Under the pieces are notes generated by a model. It ran no database searches. It saw only the letters and a list, made by a program, of their open reading frames with translations, and was not told where the DNA came from. Below, piece by piece: positions 27,120 through 41,698 of a DNA stretch of 64,000 nt; the first letter of the stretch is position 1, and the number at the start of each line of letters is the position of its first letter. Both the position numbers and the translations under genes were made by a program. This DNA is from Octopus vulgaris. Taxonomy: Eukaryota. The stretch is from assembly GCA_951406725.2 (NCBI GenBank), contig OX597831.1, positions 78,492,001-78,556,000 of the forward strand. Reading direction: 5' to 3'.

Positions 27120-27699
27120 GGATAGACAGACAGATAAACAGACAGACAGTGAGACAGGCAGATAGACAGACGGGTAGACCGATAGATAGATGATAGATAG
27201 ATAGGTAGATAGATAGATAGATACATAGTTAGAGAGAAAGAGAGAGAGAGAGAGGGAGAGATGGATGAATGGATAGACAGATGTGTGTTTTTTTGTATGT
27301 ATGTCGGTGTACGGTTTGCTTCGGCTTGGGCCTTCAAATCCTCTAGGGAACCACAGGGATGCCATCATGACATACAGCTTGATCTGGTCATCTTTAGAGC
27401 ATGTATAATTCAGTCGTCTGCAAATCTGACCACAACCAATATCTTCTAGAAGAGGAGAAAGACAGGTGGAAAGAACGAGCGGCCAATATAAGTAATTATT
27501 GTTGTTCTTGTTCTTCTCATCATTATTGGCTAACTTCCAAGTTTCGATAAGATGAAGCACCATTGAAGAACCAGGGTCAGTGGGTTTACCTAATCCCCTC
27601 CACTCATAGGTGCTGGCCTTGTGTCTAAAATAGAAACAAGACTGTCGAGTCGGGGCTTAAGAAGTGAGGGTGGCCGGTTCAGTATAAATGCAACAGATT

Positions 27700-28335
27700 T
27701 ATTAGCAAAGTCGGTCTGACATGTCCAGGATGCGTAACAGAGCATCCTTGTTGTCAGCTGGGCATGCTATGTCTATGATCCAGCATCGCTTGTTTTCTTT
27801 CTCAATTAAGACTTCCTAATGTCCGGCTTCCTATCCTTAATCTCATGGTCGCACTGAATCATAAAATCCTATAGGATCTTTGCCTTTCTATTTTCGACAA
27901 TGCCTTCAGATTTGCGGTCGCACCAATGTCTTGCTCTGACAAGTCCATACTTGTTGCAAAGTGTCCAATGGATAAGTCTGGCTATATTGTCGTGGCGTCT
28001 TCTGGGTTAGTGGCGTACATTGGCTGGTAATATGCCATATAGTTTCACCGTTTTTTCCACAGATTCTGCACTTAACACTTCCTGATGTGTTGTCTATTCT
28101 GTATTTTATGTAGTTTGTTCTTAGTGCTTGATCTTGGGCAGCACAGATTAGAGCCTCCGTTTCCGGTTTTAAAACATTTTTAATTATCCACAGCCACCTT
28201 TTTACTCTGTCTGTCTTATCTTCAACATCCCTATGAAATTGATCATGCATTCTTTTCTTGACCCACCTATTTTCAGTTTCATTCGTTTTCAATTTCTTGT
28301 ATTGTACTTTATCTTTGCAATCTTTCATCCTACAC
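27700..28335 (-). pseudogene. R4/Dong-type LINE fragment (CCHC plus RLE)
   Basis: ETEALICAAQDQALRTN, CRICGKNGETIWHITSQC, RRHDNIA, RKPDI, IIDIACPAD. Confidence 0.9.
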
Positions 28336-28354
28336 AAACATGACCTTCCTACTT

Positions 28355-28710
28355 CTAATAATCATTGCCCCGCCACCCTCTTTTGACCGGGAGGGACAGG
28401 CTGTAGCGAAAGAGGTAGTATGGTGGACCCTTTTGAAAGGGCTAAAGACAGACACTTTCTTTGGCCAAGCCCTCATCAACTTTTTCAAATTTCACTTGAA
28501 AAGGAAGTTGGACGCGGAGAGGGAGATGTTGCCTTGTAGCAAGTTTTCTGAAAGGTGGAAGAATGTTAGAAGGATGGCCGGTATGGAAGGACCAATTCTG
28601 AGCGTTCACCTGTAGAAAAAAATGAGAAGGGTTCTTTCCTGCTGTTCAGGCACCCGTGGCTTTTGTGGGGTTTTGCACGAGGATCTTAAAGCGCATCCCC
28701 TATTGAGAGT
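28355..28710 (+). mobile_element. 3' fragment of a diverged Tx1-clade LINE
   Basis: IIAPPPSFDREG...KEVVWWT...GQALINFFKFHLKRK, homologous to the other Tx1 C-termini. Confidence 0.8.
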
Positions 28711-28737
28711 CTTGATTTACTCTTCTTACTCTCCTTA

Positions 28738-28958
28738 CTCTTTTACTTTTTTACTTGTTTCAGTCATTTGACTGTAGCCATGCTGGAGCAACGCCTTTAG
28801 TCGAGCAAAATCGACCCCAAGAATTATTCTTTGGAAGCCTAGTACTTATTCTATTGGTCTCTTTTGCCGAACCGCTAAATTACAGGGACGTAAACACACC
28901 AGCATCGGTTGTCAAGCGATGTTGGGGCGACAACCACAGACACACAGACACAGACACA

Positions 28959-29034
<76 letters not shown>

Positions 29035-29125
29035 TACGACGGGCTTCCTTCAGTTTCCGTCTACCAAATCCACCCACAAGGCTTTGGTTGGCCTGAGGCT
29101 ATAGTAGAGGACACTTGCCCAAGGT
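28738..29125 (-). mobile_element. Composite SINE (B body, internal TA/TG microsatellite, C tail)
   Basis: ccttgggcaagtgt...gccttgtgggtggatttggtagacggaaactgaa, then (TA)(TG), then cgcttgacaaccgatgctgg...ccagcatggctacagtcaaatgactgaaacaagt. Confidence 0.85.
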
Positions 29126-29208
29126 GATCGTCCTGTTTTTGTCCGTAATGTTGTTACATGTCTTTTAATGTTATCTTATGTAAGTCCTTGTGGCCAAAGA
29201 AAGAATAA

Positions 29209-29280
<72 letters not shown>

Positions 29281-29356
29281 ATTATTATTATTATTATTAT
29301 CATAATTATTATTGTTGTTATTATTATTATTATTATTATCATCATCATCATCATCA

Positions 29357-29438
<82 letters not shown>

Positions 29439-29599
29439 AAGTAGTAGTGGACACTGTCAGACCGTATTACTTATTCCGTTCTCTCAGGTCGACCCACTTA
29501 ACTTCACCCAGATTGACCAACTTCGCCGACCTCCTCATACACTCACACACACATACACACACTGACATATATACACACATAGAAGCATACAACTTCACA

Positions 29600-29637
<38 letters not shown>

Positions 29638-29964
29638 CTCACACACCTACACACTTCTCTTCCCACCCACATAACTAAGTCGGTCTCTTTTCCTGCAGAT
29701 ATCATAGCAGCTCGTTTTATCCAATTCTTAACACACACACACACACAGCCACTCACGCACACACACACATACACACAGACACGCACACAGACACGCACAC
29801 ACACACACATACACACACTAATACACATTAAAAGCACCGACATTCTAACACACAGACACGCACGCACACACACACACACACACACACAGAAATAGGTAAT
29901 CACACAGCCACCACGTCTCATTTTCTTCTTCCTCTCCTTCTCCTTCTTCTTCTGTTGCTGCTGT

Positions 29965-30007
<43 letters not shown>

Positions 30008-30427
30008 GCTACTAATACTAATATTGCGACTGCTGCTGCTGCTGTACTAATATTGCGACTGCTGCTGCTGCTGCTGCTACTACTTTTACTTCCTGATTCC
30101 AATCTCATATTCTGCGTCTGTCTCTTTCCGTCGCCATATTTGCCCGCCATCTTTCTCTTTCTTTATGGCTAAGCCCTTTTAACCGTGCCTCCGCACGACA
30201 CTTAACAACATAGTCCAATGCTAAATTCTGCCCCACTCCAGCAACACACACACACACCTACCTCTCGAATCCAACCCCCGTTCTCTTATCCCTCCCTTTC
30301 TCCCTTTCTATATTTGCCTATACCCTTTTTCCTTTATTGTCATTTTTCCTCCCAACTTTTCTCTCTTTCTCTCCCTCTCTCGATCTATGTGTCTGTCTGC
30401 TTGTCCGTCTATCTCTCTATCTATCTC

Positions 30428-30628
<201 letters not shown>

Positions 30629-32775
30629 ATCCAAACAAGGGGGACATCACAGATAACTTCAGCCCCATCACTCTGCTCAACGCCGAGAGGTTGGCACTTG
30701 TCATCGAGAAACTAGTCAACAAGGCGCAAACATGCGCCGTGCCGGGTAGGAGTATCCATGACAACCTCCATCTGATGCGCTACATGATAGACAGGGTAGT
30801 TAAGGATCCTGGCATGTGTGGGGCGCTGATGAATTTGGATCAATCAAAAGCCTTCGATAGGGTAGACCATCACTACTTGGAGGCTGTCCTTAAAGCGGCT
30901 GGTTTTGGTCCTATCTTCCGCGGTTGTATCGCTGCATTATACAGCGGCATCCGCTCAGTAGTTCGCGTAAATGGTCACCTTTCCAGACCTTTTAACATCA
31001 TGCGTTCGGTTCGTCAAGGATGCCCCCTCTCATCGCTTCTGTATGTATTGACTGCGGAAACTGGAGATGCTGAGGGGCATCCCACGAGAGCTGGGATGCG
31101 GGAGAGGCGTGTCTGCATACGCGGACGACGTCACCATCATAGTGTCGAGCCACAAGCACATCGACCTGGTCGGCGAGACACTAAAAGAATACGAAGCGGT
31201 AACGGGAGCAAAAATTAACCGGGAAAAGTCAGTGGGCTTCCGGCTCGGCACCAGGAGAAGCAAGACCATGCCGTCCAAAAGCGTCTCCATCGCGGGACAC
31301 TGGACGGACGGACCGGCTAAATTGCTCGGAGTCTGGTTCGGTCCGGGCCTCCAAATAGAGAAGAACTGGGGCGAAACAACGACTAGGGTGGCCACTCTCA
31401 CCCAGCAATGGGCTGAGAGGAAGCTATCCCTAAAAGGTCGGGCGGAGGTGGCGAACGCGTACATCGCATCAGTCATCGAGTACCGCCTGACCGTCGTGCC
31501 TTGTCCCGACCCTACCATCACCAAACTGGAACGCATACTCTTCCGCTTCCTTTGGAAGGGAAGCGTTCCGATGGTTAGGCGATCCATTTGCTGTCAACAC
31601 CCGCTAAATGGAGGGCTAGGCATGCCGTGGTTGATGATGCGCAGACATGCGCTGAGACTGCGACATCTCCGGCGCTTCATAGCCGATGGTGAACAGGTGT
31701 GGTCGCTTTTTGTGCGAGGCGCTTTCCCGCAGCTCGTCTCCTTGGCCGAACTACAATCGTGGATCAAACAGAGACCGAGGCTAGGCGAATGGCATCGCGA
31801 GTGTCGCGTTGCTCTCAAGCAACTCTTCCTTCAACAAAGGTGCTCAATAGAGGATTAGTGGAGGGGAGGTGCGACGACGTTCTCGGGCAGAATCTGGGCG
31901 TCGACACCTGACAACTTTCAGGACAACTTTCGGGCCGGGGCCTATGGACAATCACCAAAGATCTCTGACTTGGCAGTGTTATCGAGAAGCATTATCTGTT
32001 CGGGATAAGCTCTACAGGCACGGTTCGAGACACACTGGACCGACTTGCCCGAGATGCGGTCAGAGCGACGAAACCGTTCTGCACGCACTCGTGCAGTGTC
32101 CATACATTTCGGACCTGTGGGCTTATGCCGAACGGCTGCTGTCACGTGTGGGACGTGTCCGCCTGTCGGCCGAGACTATCGTGAGAATTGCACCGCCTCC
32201 TTCCCTTAACCGGGAAGGCAAGGCAGTTTTCATCGTACTGGTGGCTATGGTGAAAGAATATGTGTGGTGGACTCGAACGAAAGGATTAGAGACAAACACT
32301 TACCACTCTGGCCAATCGCTTATCAACTTTTCAAGTACCACTTGAAAAGGAAGGGGAGAATGGAAAGGCAGGTTTTGTCTCGTGAAAGTTTCAAAAAAAG
32401 GTGGGTGAATGTGGCAAAGACGGTGCGTGCGAGTGACGAATCCACTTTGAGCATGATCCTGTAAATCGTAAAAGAGAGAGAGAGCCCTTTCCTCTCATGT
32501 GTTTATTTCCTCCCTGCCTGAGGTTACCGTGGTCTTTTCTGTAGGCTTTTCTTTCCACTGATGAACCTAATCTTGTTACTTTAAACAAAATAAATAATTC
32601 TTACTTTCTGTGATACACGATCCCTTTTGATCGTCTTTTTTTTTCTTCCGATTCCTTTTGATCGAAATTTTACATTTGTTTCCTTTTTTCTTCTTTTTCT
32701 TTTTCCATTTCCGAAAAGAAAAGCTCTACATTAGTAATTGTCTCCTCTATGTCCAGCCCTGTGTGACCAATAAAG

Positions 32776-32777
<2 letters not shown>
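30629..32777 (+). mobile_element. 5'-truncated Tx1-clade (L1 group) LINE: RT, CCHC and 3' UTR, frameshifted, within (TATC)n
   Basis: [82 protein letters not shown]. Confidence 0.95.
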
Positions 32778-32867
<90 letters not shown>

Positions 32868-32904
32868 TTATCTATCTGTACCTCTCTCTCCCTCTCTGTC
32901 TCTG

Positions 32905-32956
<52 letters not shown>

Positions 32957-33439
32957 CCTACCGTGCCTCTCCACAACACTTAGCAACATAGCTCAATGTC
33001 GACTTCTACACCATCCTCAACTCTCAACGCCCCACCCACCACCACCACCAAAAGACAGACCTTGTCCGCTTCCATTTTGTTGTTGCTCACGTCTCTCTAT
33101 TTCTCTCTTCCTTTTCTTCCTCATTTCCTGTGTCTCTCTGTATCCTTTTCGTCTTTCTTTTCCCTCCCTTTCCCTCCCTCTTTTTCTCATTCTGTCTCTT
33201 TCTCTCTCTTTCTCCCGCTCTCTCCCTCTCTTTCTCTCTCTGTCCTTCTCTCTCACCCCTCTCTATCTCTTCTCCCCCCTCTCTCTCCTCCAACGACACC
33301 CCGCCAAAACTTCAGTAACTTTTCTTCTTCTTCTCCCTCGTTCTCTGGTGTCTTCATCTCTTGCCCCCCCTTTTCCTTCTTTCCTTCTATCACCCTCGTT
33401 CCCTTCTTCTTTCTTACTTCCATTCTCCTTCTCTCTCTC

Positions 33440-33480
<41 letters not shown>

Positions 33481-33839
33481 GTTTCATTCATTATTCATTA
33501 TAGACTTCTTCCAGCAAAGAAACAGCCACCAAAACTCCCTCACATCACAAAATCATAAACGATCTGTCAAAGACAGGACACATTGCATAGCGTAGTCCTT
33601 GATTTACTTTGCCTAAAAGCAAAAACAAAAAGAGCAAAAACAAAAAAAGCAAAAAATAATAATAATAAAACCCCAGCAAAATGATGCAAACAAAAAACAA
33701 AGAAAAACAACAAAAGCAGATGGGATGGTCAAGGCTGGGATGCCTTTTGGTCATAGACGCACTCAATCAGAATCGCCCAGGTTTAAACAACAACAATTTC
33801 CTTCAGCGCTTCATACACCTCTCTATCGCTCTTTCACTC

Positions 33840-34300
33840 TAATAGTCTCTCTCGCTCTTACAGTCTCTCTCTCCTATAGTCTCTCTCTCTCTCTCTTATA
33901 GTCTCTCTCTCTCTCTAATAGTCTCTCTCTCTCTTACAGATTCTCCCTCACTTATAGTCTCTCTGTCTCTTATAGTCTCCCTCTCTTACAGTCTCTCTCT
34001 CTCTTATAGTCTCTCTCTCTCTCTTATAGTCTCTCTCTCTCTCTTACAGTCTCTCTCTCTTATAGTCTCTCTCTCTCTTACAGTCTCTCCCTCTTATAGT
34101 CTCTCTTTCTTACAGTCTCTCCCTCTCTCTCTTAAAGTCTCTCTTTCTTTTATACTCTCTCTCTCTCTTACAGTATCTCCCTTTAAAGTCTCTCTTTCTC
34201 TTTCTTATAGTCTCTCCCTCTCTCTTATAGTCTATCTCTCTCTCTCCCTTAATATCTCTCTTTATCTCTATCTCTTGCTCTGTCTTATAATCTTTTTATC
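33840..34300. repeat. Minisatellite of about 16-22-bp units ctctta(t/c)agtct(ct)n
   Basis: Direct reading. Confidence 0.85.
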
Positions 34301-35082
34301 TCCCTCTCTGTTTCAGTCTCTTTCTTTTATTAACTCTTTATCTTTCTCTCTTCCTGATTCCATGCTCCTTCAGTCTCTCTCTCTCTCTCTCTCTCATCTC
34401 TCCTTCTCTCTCACACGGTGACTTCGTCTCTCCTTCTCTCTCTCTCTCTCTTCCTCACTTTCTGCTCCTTCAGCCTCTCTCTCTCTCTCTCTCTCTCACG
34501 GTGACTTCATCTCTCCTTCTCTCTCTCTCTTCCTCATTTTCTGCTCCTTCAGTATTTCTCTCTCTCTCTCTTATTGTCCATTTAACCCAGTCTCTCTTAT
34601 TATTTCTTTATCTTTCTCTCCCATTTTCTCATTATATATAAATATCTCTCTTTCTCCAACCTCCTCTTTCCCCTTTTCTCTTTCTTTCTTTCTCCTTTTC
34701 TCTCTCACTCTTTCTCTCATACGCTCCTCTCTCTCTCTCTCTCTCTCTCTCTCCGATATATTCCGTGTCCTTCCTTTCATTGACCACTGCTGGTCAGGAC
34801 TCATACCACTTTTCCTCCTCAATACAACCACCCCACTAACACCACCACAACCACCTCGTCCCCTCTCAGCCGTCATCTTCCGTCTCCCATCTTCCGCCCT
34901 GCCCCATTCCCTGTCCATATTTCCTCATTTTCACATTAACACTCCACACCTCCACCCAACACCGACCAACACCACCGCCATGGCACCGACACCCCTTGAC
35001 CGCTACGAGCCACACCATAAACGCCACTAAGACTACCGCTACCAACAAAAACAACACCTCGGACTGCTGCTGCTGCTGCTGA

Positions 35083-35142
<60 letters not shown>

Positions 35143-35272
35143 GCGCGCTGCCGCACTACTCTCCTCTCTCTCTCTCTCTGCCTGGCTGCTCTCTCTCTCT
35201 CTCTCTCTCTCTCTGCTCTCTCTCTGCTCTGCTGCTGCTGCTCTACTACTACTACTACAGATGCTGCTGCTG

Positions 35273-35318
<46 letters not shown>

Positions 35319-35345
35319 GCTACAGCTGCTGCTGCTGCACTACTT

Positions 35346-35440
<95 letters not shown>

Positions 35441-35533
35441 GCTGCTGCTACCACCATCACAGTCTCTATCTCCATCATCACCACTTCTACTACTACTACT
35501 ACTACTACTACTGCTGCTCCTCTGCTGCTGCTG

Positions 35534-35574
<41 letters not shown>

Positions 35575-35869
35575 GTGAGTCGATGGCATTGACTCCAGTT
35601 TTTGACGGAGTGGGGCGGGATGAGGGTGGAGGGAGATGAAGGATGGAAATGGTAAAGATGGACTTGGTAGAATTTGTGTACAGAATCTAACAATCCTTAA
35701 TAACCGCCACCAACACCACCATAATCGCCAACACATCACCACCACTGCCACCACCAACACGAGCAACCACCAACACTGCCATCTCCATGGCCACCACCGC
35801 AACCACCGTCTCCATGGCCTCCATCATTCTCTGCATCATCATCACCACTCCCATCATCATCATCATCAT

Positions 35870-36470
35870 CATTTTTGACTGGTACTTCATTTTATCGAAT
35901 CGGTGGGGTCGCGGAGGTGGGGAGAAGGAAGAAGAGAGACCCGAAAAAAACTTAAAGACGGTGTTTCTAGGATTTGATCTCAGAATGTAATGATTCGTGA
36001 TAAAATACTGCGAGGCATCTTCTCGGATGCTCTAACGGTTCTGCCCCAGACATGGCTTCGTTCTTGACCCACTGATATTTTGGCTTCAAATTTTGGCACA
36101 AGGCCAGCAATTTCAAAAGAAGGACTGTGCCGATTATATCGACCCTGAAAGAACGAGAGGCACAGTCAACTTAGCAGGAATCGAACTCAGAGCGATAAGA
36201 CTGGTGAAATACTCTTGTGCATTTTGTCCAGCATGCTAACGGTTCTACCAACTTGACGCCTTTCGAGGCCAGATCGTTCATAGGGGTGGGGTAGGGTTAA
36301 GTCGATAACATCGACCCCAGTGCTCAACTGGTACTTATATTTATCGACCCTCCCCCACCACCAAATCGATAAAAAGCAAAGTCGACCTGGGTGGAATTTG
36401 AACTCAAAATGTAGATCCGGACGAAACGTCGCTAAGCATGTTGTCTGGCGTGCTAACGATTCAGCCAGCA
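35870..36470 (-). mobile_element. Cluster of three degenerate SINE A copies
   Basis: Repeated (t/c)ga(a/t)ctca(g/a)a and gct(a/c) head remnants, plus atcgacccc...gtactt core remnants. Confidence 0.65.
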
Positions 36471-36836
36471 CGCCAAATTTCTTGACCCACCCCCACCCCC
36501 GATATTGACATTTTCTTCAAAACACAGTGTCCAGCCCCGTCACCAACTCCGCCACCACGGCCGCCGCTGTCGCGGGACTCCAATTTCCTACCAGATTCCA
36601 CTCCGACACTAGTACCAGCACCACAACTACAATCCGTCGCTGCAGCCGCCAACATTCCATCTTCTGTGTGGGATTCGTGCCATGCATGAAGAACTGGGGA
36701 TGGCCACGACTGGAAAGCCGACCTGTGCTTTAACAATAACAACTAAATATCACAACTCTAACACCACCACTCCAGCAACACCTCAATACCTCCAACACAA
36801 CCCCACCACATCACCACCACCACCACCACAACCACC

Positions 36837-36899
<63 letters not shown>

Positions 36900-37544
36900 A
36901 GAGTAATAATAATAATATGGCACTGGTAGTAACTTCCACCACCACCACCACCACCATCACCACCACCACTACCATCGCAATCTCCATCATCATCATCATC
37001 ATTGTCGACATCATCATCAAGACTACGATCCTTATCATCATCATCATCATCATCATCATCATAGGCACCACCAGTCAGCACCGACACCACCATAAACGGC
37101 CCTTCCCCATGACCACCACCACTGCCACCACTACCACCATCAGCTGTTCCTCCCCCCACAACAACCTCACAAAACTTGCGGCCTCCCAATTCTTCCCCCC
37201 TCCCGCCGCCACCACCACTCGAAATCGCTTCCCTTCTCTCTCTCTCTCTTTCTCCACCCCCACCTCCACCCCGTCTCACCTCTTCACATAATTGGTGCTA
37301 AATTGCGCATGTCTTAACACGGAGCCACGATTAGCTTGATAGGTTAATGGTGACGGCGGCGGCGACGGTGGTGGGGGGCGACGGTGGTGGGGGGCGATGG
37401 GTGTTGCGGCGGTGGTGCTGGTGGTGGTGTTGAGTGGTACTTATGGAAGCGGGCGACGGCGGCGACGACGGTCGCGGAGGTGTATATGACAGGCCATATG
37501 TAAATATGTATGTATGTATGCTTGTATGTTTGTATGTATCTAGC

Positions 37545-37672
37545 TGCTTATCTATTTATCTCTCTCTCTCCATCCATCCATCCATCCATCCATCCATCTA
37601 TCCATCTATCTATCTATCTCTCTCTCTCTCTCTCCATCCATCCATCCATCTATCCATCTATCCATCTATCTA

Positions 37673-37720
<48 letters not shown>

Positions 37721-37964
37721 CATCCATCCATCCATCCATCTATCCATCTATCAATCTATATATCTATCTCTCTCTCTCTCCATCCATCCATCCATCTATC
37801 AATCTCTCTCTTTCTCTCTCTCTCTCTCTCTATCCATCCATCCATCTATCTATCCATCCATCCATCCATCCGTCTATCCATCTATCTATCTATGTATCTC
37901 TCTCTCTCTCTATCCATCCATACATCCATCAATCCATCCATCCATCTATCAATCTATCTATCTA

Positions 37965-38006
<42 letters not shown>

Positions 38007-38091
38007 ACTATCCATCCATCCATCCATCCATCTATCCATCTATCGATCTATATATCTATCTCTCTCTCTCTCCATCCATCCATCCATCTAT

Positions 38092-38138
<47 letters not shown>

Positions 38139-38207
38139 CATCCATCCATCCATCCATCCATCCATCCATCCATCCATCCATCCATCCATCCATCCATCCA
38201 TCTATCC

Positions 38208-38248
<41 letters not shown>

Positions 38249-38249
38249 C

Positions 38250-38281
<32 letters not shown>

Positions 38282-38285
38282 TTCT
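37545..38285. repeat. Compound (TCCA)n/(TCTA)n/(TC)n array
   Basis: Direct reading; source of the SIHP/SIYL ORFs. Confidence 0.95.
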
Positions 38286-38362
38286 CTTTCTCTCTCAATC
38301 CCAGTCTATGTATGTCTGCATGTATGTATATATGTGATATATCTAAATATATGTATGTATAT

Positions 38363-38592
38363 ATTTCTTTACTACCCACAAGGGGCTAAACACAGAGGGG
38401 ACAAACAAGGACAGACTAAGGGATTTAAGTCGACTACATCGACCCAGTGCGTAACTGGTACTTAATTTATCGACCCCGAAAGGATGAAAGGCAAAGTCGA
38501 CCTCGGCGGAATTTGAACTCGGAACGTAACGACAGACGAAATACGGCTACGAATTTCGCTCGGCGTGCTAACATTTCTGCCAGCTCGCCGCC
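38363..38592 (-). mobile_element. SINE A, near-intact long-tail copy
   Basis: Closely matches 22001-22233 and 2058-2272. Confidence 0.9.
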
Positions 38593-39947
38593 TTAATATG
38601 TATGCCTAAATATATGTGCAATGTGCATATGTGCATATGTGCAATGTATACATGCATATATGCAGGTATATAAATATATATGTGTGTGCATATGTGTATG
38701 TATTACGTGTATGTATGTCACACACACACACACACACATACACACACACACACATATATATAAATAGATATATACAACATATAGATGTTGTATATAGTGT
38801 GTATGCATGTGTGTATGCATGCGCGCGTGTGCCACTGTATGTGTGTGTGTATGAATGTATTGTTAGTGCGGTTGGACCCTGATGTCCATGTGGTGTTGTG
38901 TTGCATGATGTTGTTGTTGTTGGTGGTGGTGGTGGTGGTAGTGGTGGCGTTGGCGGTGATGGTGGTAGTGGTGGTTGATGATATTGGTGATGGTAGTGGT
39001 GGTGGCGGTCATGTTGGCTGCGTAGTGTTGGTGGAGTTGTTTTCTGTGGTGAGGTGTGGCACGGCGAGGTGGTCACGGTGGTGGTACTACATATTACAAT
39101 GTCATGCAATCTCGAGTATTACCACCAACACAACCATTACCACTTGCCTCATCAGGATAAAGTCTAATTTTCTACTTTTACGGATCAGGCGTGACTACAA
39201 CAAGTCAGAAGCAGTCTTCGCCTGGATGCATTTCCTGTCGCTAACTCTTATCTGTTTCCAAGCGAAGAAATACTCCAGTGCTCAATCGGTCATCGAACAG
39301 CTCGGACATAATTTTATGGAGGGCTAAAAGAGAACGACACCGCTTGCTTCATGGGTGATGCTCTGTGCTTGCAGTCTGCGCGCGCACATGTCGAAAAGAG
39401 AGAAAAATACGATCACACACATTTATACATAGGCACATACAAATATAACGGTAAGCTTTATGAAAATAGACAAAAGACGAAGGCAGGTTTACGGAAATAA
39501 ACAAAAGACGAAGGCAGGTGGAATACAAACAAACAATTGTATTAGTATGGCGCTCAGGAAATATAAATGAAACAAGTCATATATATATATATATATATAT
39601 ACAAGAAGACAGCTATACACACATCTGCACACACCCATATGTGTGTGTATGTGTGTGTGTGCGTGTATGTGTGTGTGTGTATGTATGTATATATATACAT
39701 ACTTTTATTCTTTTAATTTTTTCAGTCACTTTGACTGCGGCCATCCTAGAGCACCGCTTTTAGTCGAGCAAATCGACTCCAGGCTTTATTCTTTGTAAGC
39801 CTAGTACTTCGGTCTTCTTTGCCGAACCGCTAAGTTACGGGACGTAAACACACTAGCAAGCAACAGTTGTCAAGCGATGAACATATATATATATATATAA
39901 TTATCAGAATGAGAATATATATAACAGAATATATATATATATAAAAA

Positions 39948-40350
39948 AAGCAGAATGGTGTACATATAAGTCTCTTGTACCTTGTGTGTGAATTCCAATG
40001 GTGTTTATAATTGGTCATTCCAAGCGTAGAGTCTTGTAAACGAGGTTTTTTTAAGTGACATAAAAGTTGGGAATGTGTTTGTAAGGTTGTTTGTAAGTTG
40101 GGAATGTGCTTGACCTTACAAACACATTCACAACTTTTAAGTCACTTAAAAAACCCTCGATCGAATAACGCCGTTTACAAGACTCTACGCTATCTCTAAA
40201 ATTAGTAGAGATAGCTTTCTGTAGGAGATAATTTTAATTTTAATCTAAACATTATTATTATGATTAAAATAAAAATTATCCCACCAATTATAAAGACCAT
40301 TGGAATTCACACACAAAGTACAAGAAACTTACATGTACACCATTCTGCTT
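39948..40350. repeat. Nested inverted repeat upstream of a hammerhead
   Basis: 39948-40015 pairs with 40283-40350, and 40023-40087 pairs with 40113-40191. Confidence 0.85.
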
Positions 40351-40470
40351 AAATAATGGAACTGCAGATACAATATCCTTACGCATCTCACGTCTGTTTT
40401 CATTCCTCCACTTCACTCTATATTTCATATCTTCTCTATAATAGCTATTACTTAAAAATTTTCTCACACC

Positions 40471-40518
40471 GTCTCTGATGAAGGGATATATAAAACATCC
40501 CAGAAACAGCTGTAAGAC
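40471..40518 (+). ncRNA. Intact-looking minimal type I hammerhead ribozyme
   Basis: gtct-CTGATGA-a gggat atataaaac atccc a-GAAA-cagctg-TA-agac. Full core, 5-bp stem II, perfect palindromic stem III, GUA triplet. Confidence 0.85.
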
Positions 40519-40739
40519 CTTCTCTTTATAAATATATGTTCTGAAAACTATTCACAACCATGGACTTTTATCTCATTCTGTTAATTATTACACATAGATG
40601 TATGCTAATACCCGATCCACGTTGGACTGCTCATTCGTATCATTATCGAACCTGGAGATTAATTATAGTCCGACCATAGCACTTACTCAGCATTACCTGA
40701 CACCTTTCGGTCTTCTTGACACTATTACCTCTCATCTAT

Positions 40740-40807
<68 letters not shown>

Positions 40808-40824
40808 CGTATATATATAATATA

Positions 40825-40861
<37 letters not shown>

Positions 40862-40863
<2 letters not shown>

Positions 40864-41351
40864 AGGACTGAACACGAAAAGTGGACAGTCAAATAGATAT
40901 AGATCAAATCATTCTCCACAAAAGATTATGTTCTCAGATCATTGTTTATTGCTATGGTTTTGTGTTGAGTTTGATCTGAGAACATAATCTTTTGTGGAGA
41001 ATGACGATTTGATCTATATCTAGATATACTTTTCGTGTTCAGTCCTTAATTGGTATATATAAATATTTTAATCTTCGGATTCTTTTTAATATGCTAGACC
41101 ACTGGTCTTAATTGATAAATATCAATTTCTTTTATTTCGTATATTTTTCACTTGTTTATTGCTATGGTTTTGTGTTGAGTTTGATCTGAGAACATAATCT
41201 TTTGTGGAGAATGACGATTTGACGTCTATATCTAGCATGTTGACTGTCCACTTTTCGTGTTCAGTCCTTAATTGGTATATATAAATATTTTAATCTTCGG
41301 ATTCTTTTAATATGCTAGACCACTGGTCTTAATTGATAAATATCAATTTCT
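40862..41351. repeat. Inverted 5' copy plus two direct units (210-bp period)
   Basis: 40942-41130 is repeated at 41152-41351; 40862-40941 is an inverted copy of part of the unit. Confidence 0.85.
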
Positions 41352-41420
41352 ACCCTTAATTAATTTTATATATATATATATATATATACATACGTATATG
41401 CGCATAATTTCATCTCTATG

Positions 41421-41456
<36 letters not shown>

Positions 41457-41657
41457 CATATGTCGACACATGAGGTCATGAAACGTGTACAACAAAAATG
41501 TACGAAACACGAGTACATGGAACATGAACTATTCTTTCGAACAACGAAAGACACAAATGGAAAACATATATGTATATATATATATATAGAAATTCGGGGT
41601 GAGTACTTGATAATTATAAGCACCTGTGTATACCGTTTGGTGGTGTAGGTGGTGGAG

Positions 41658-41698
<41 letters not shown>

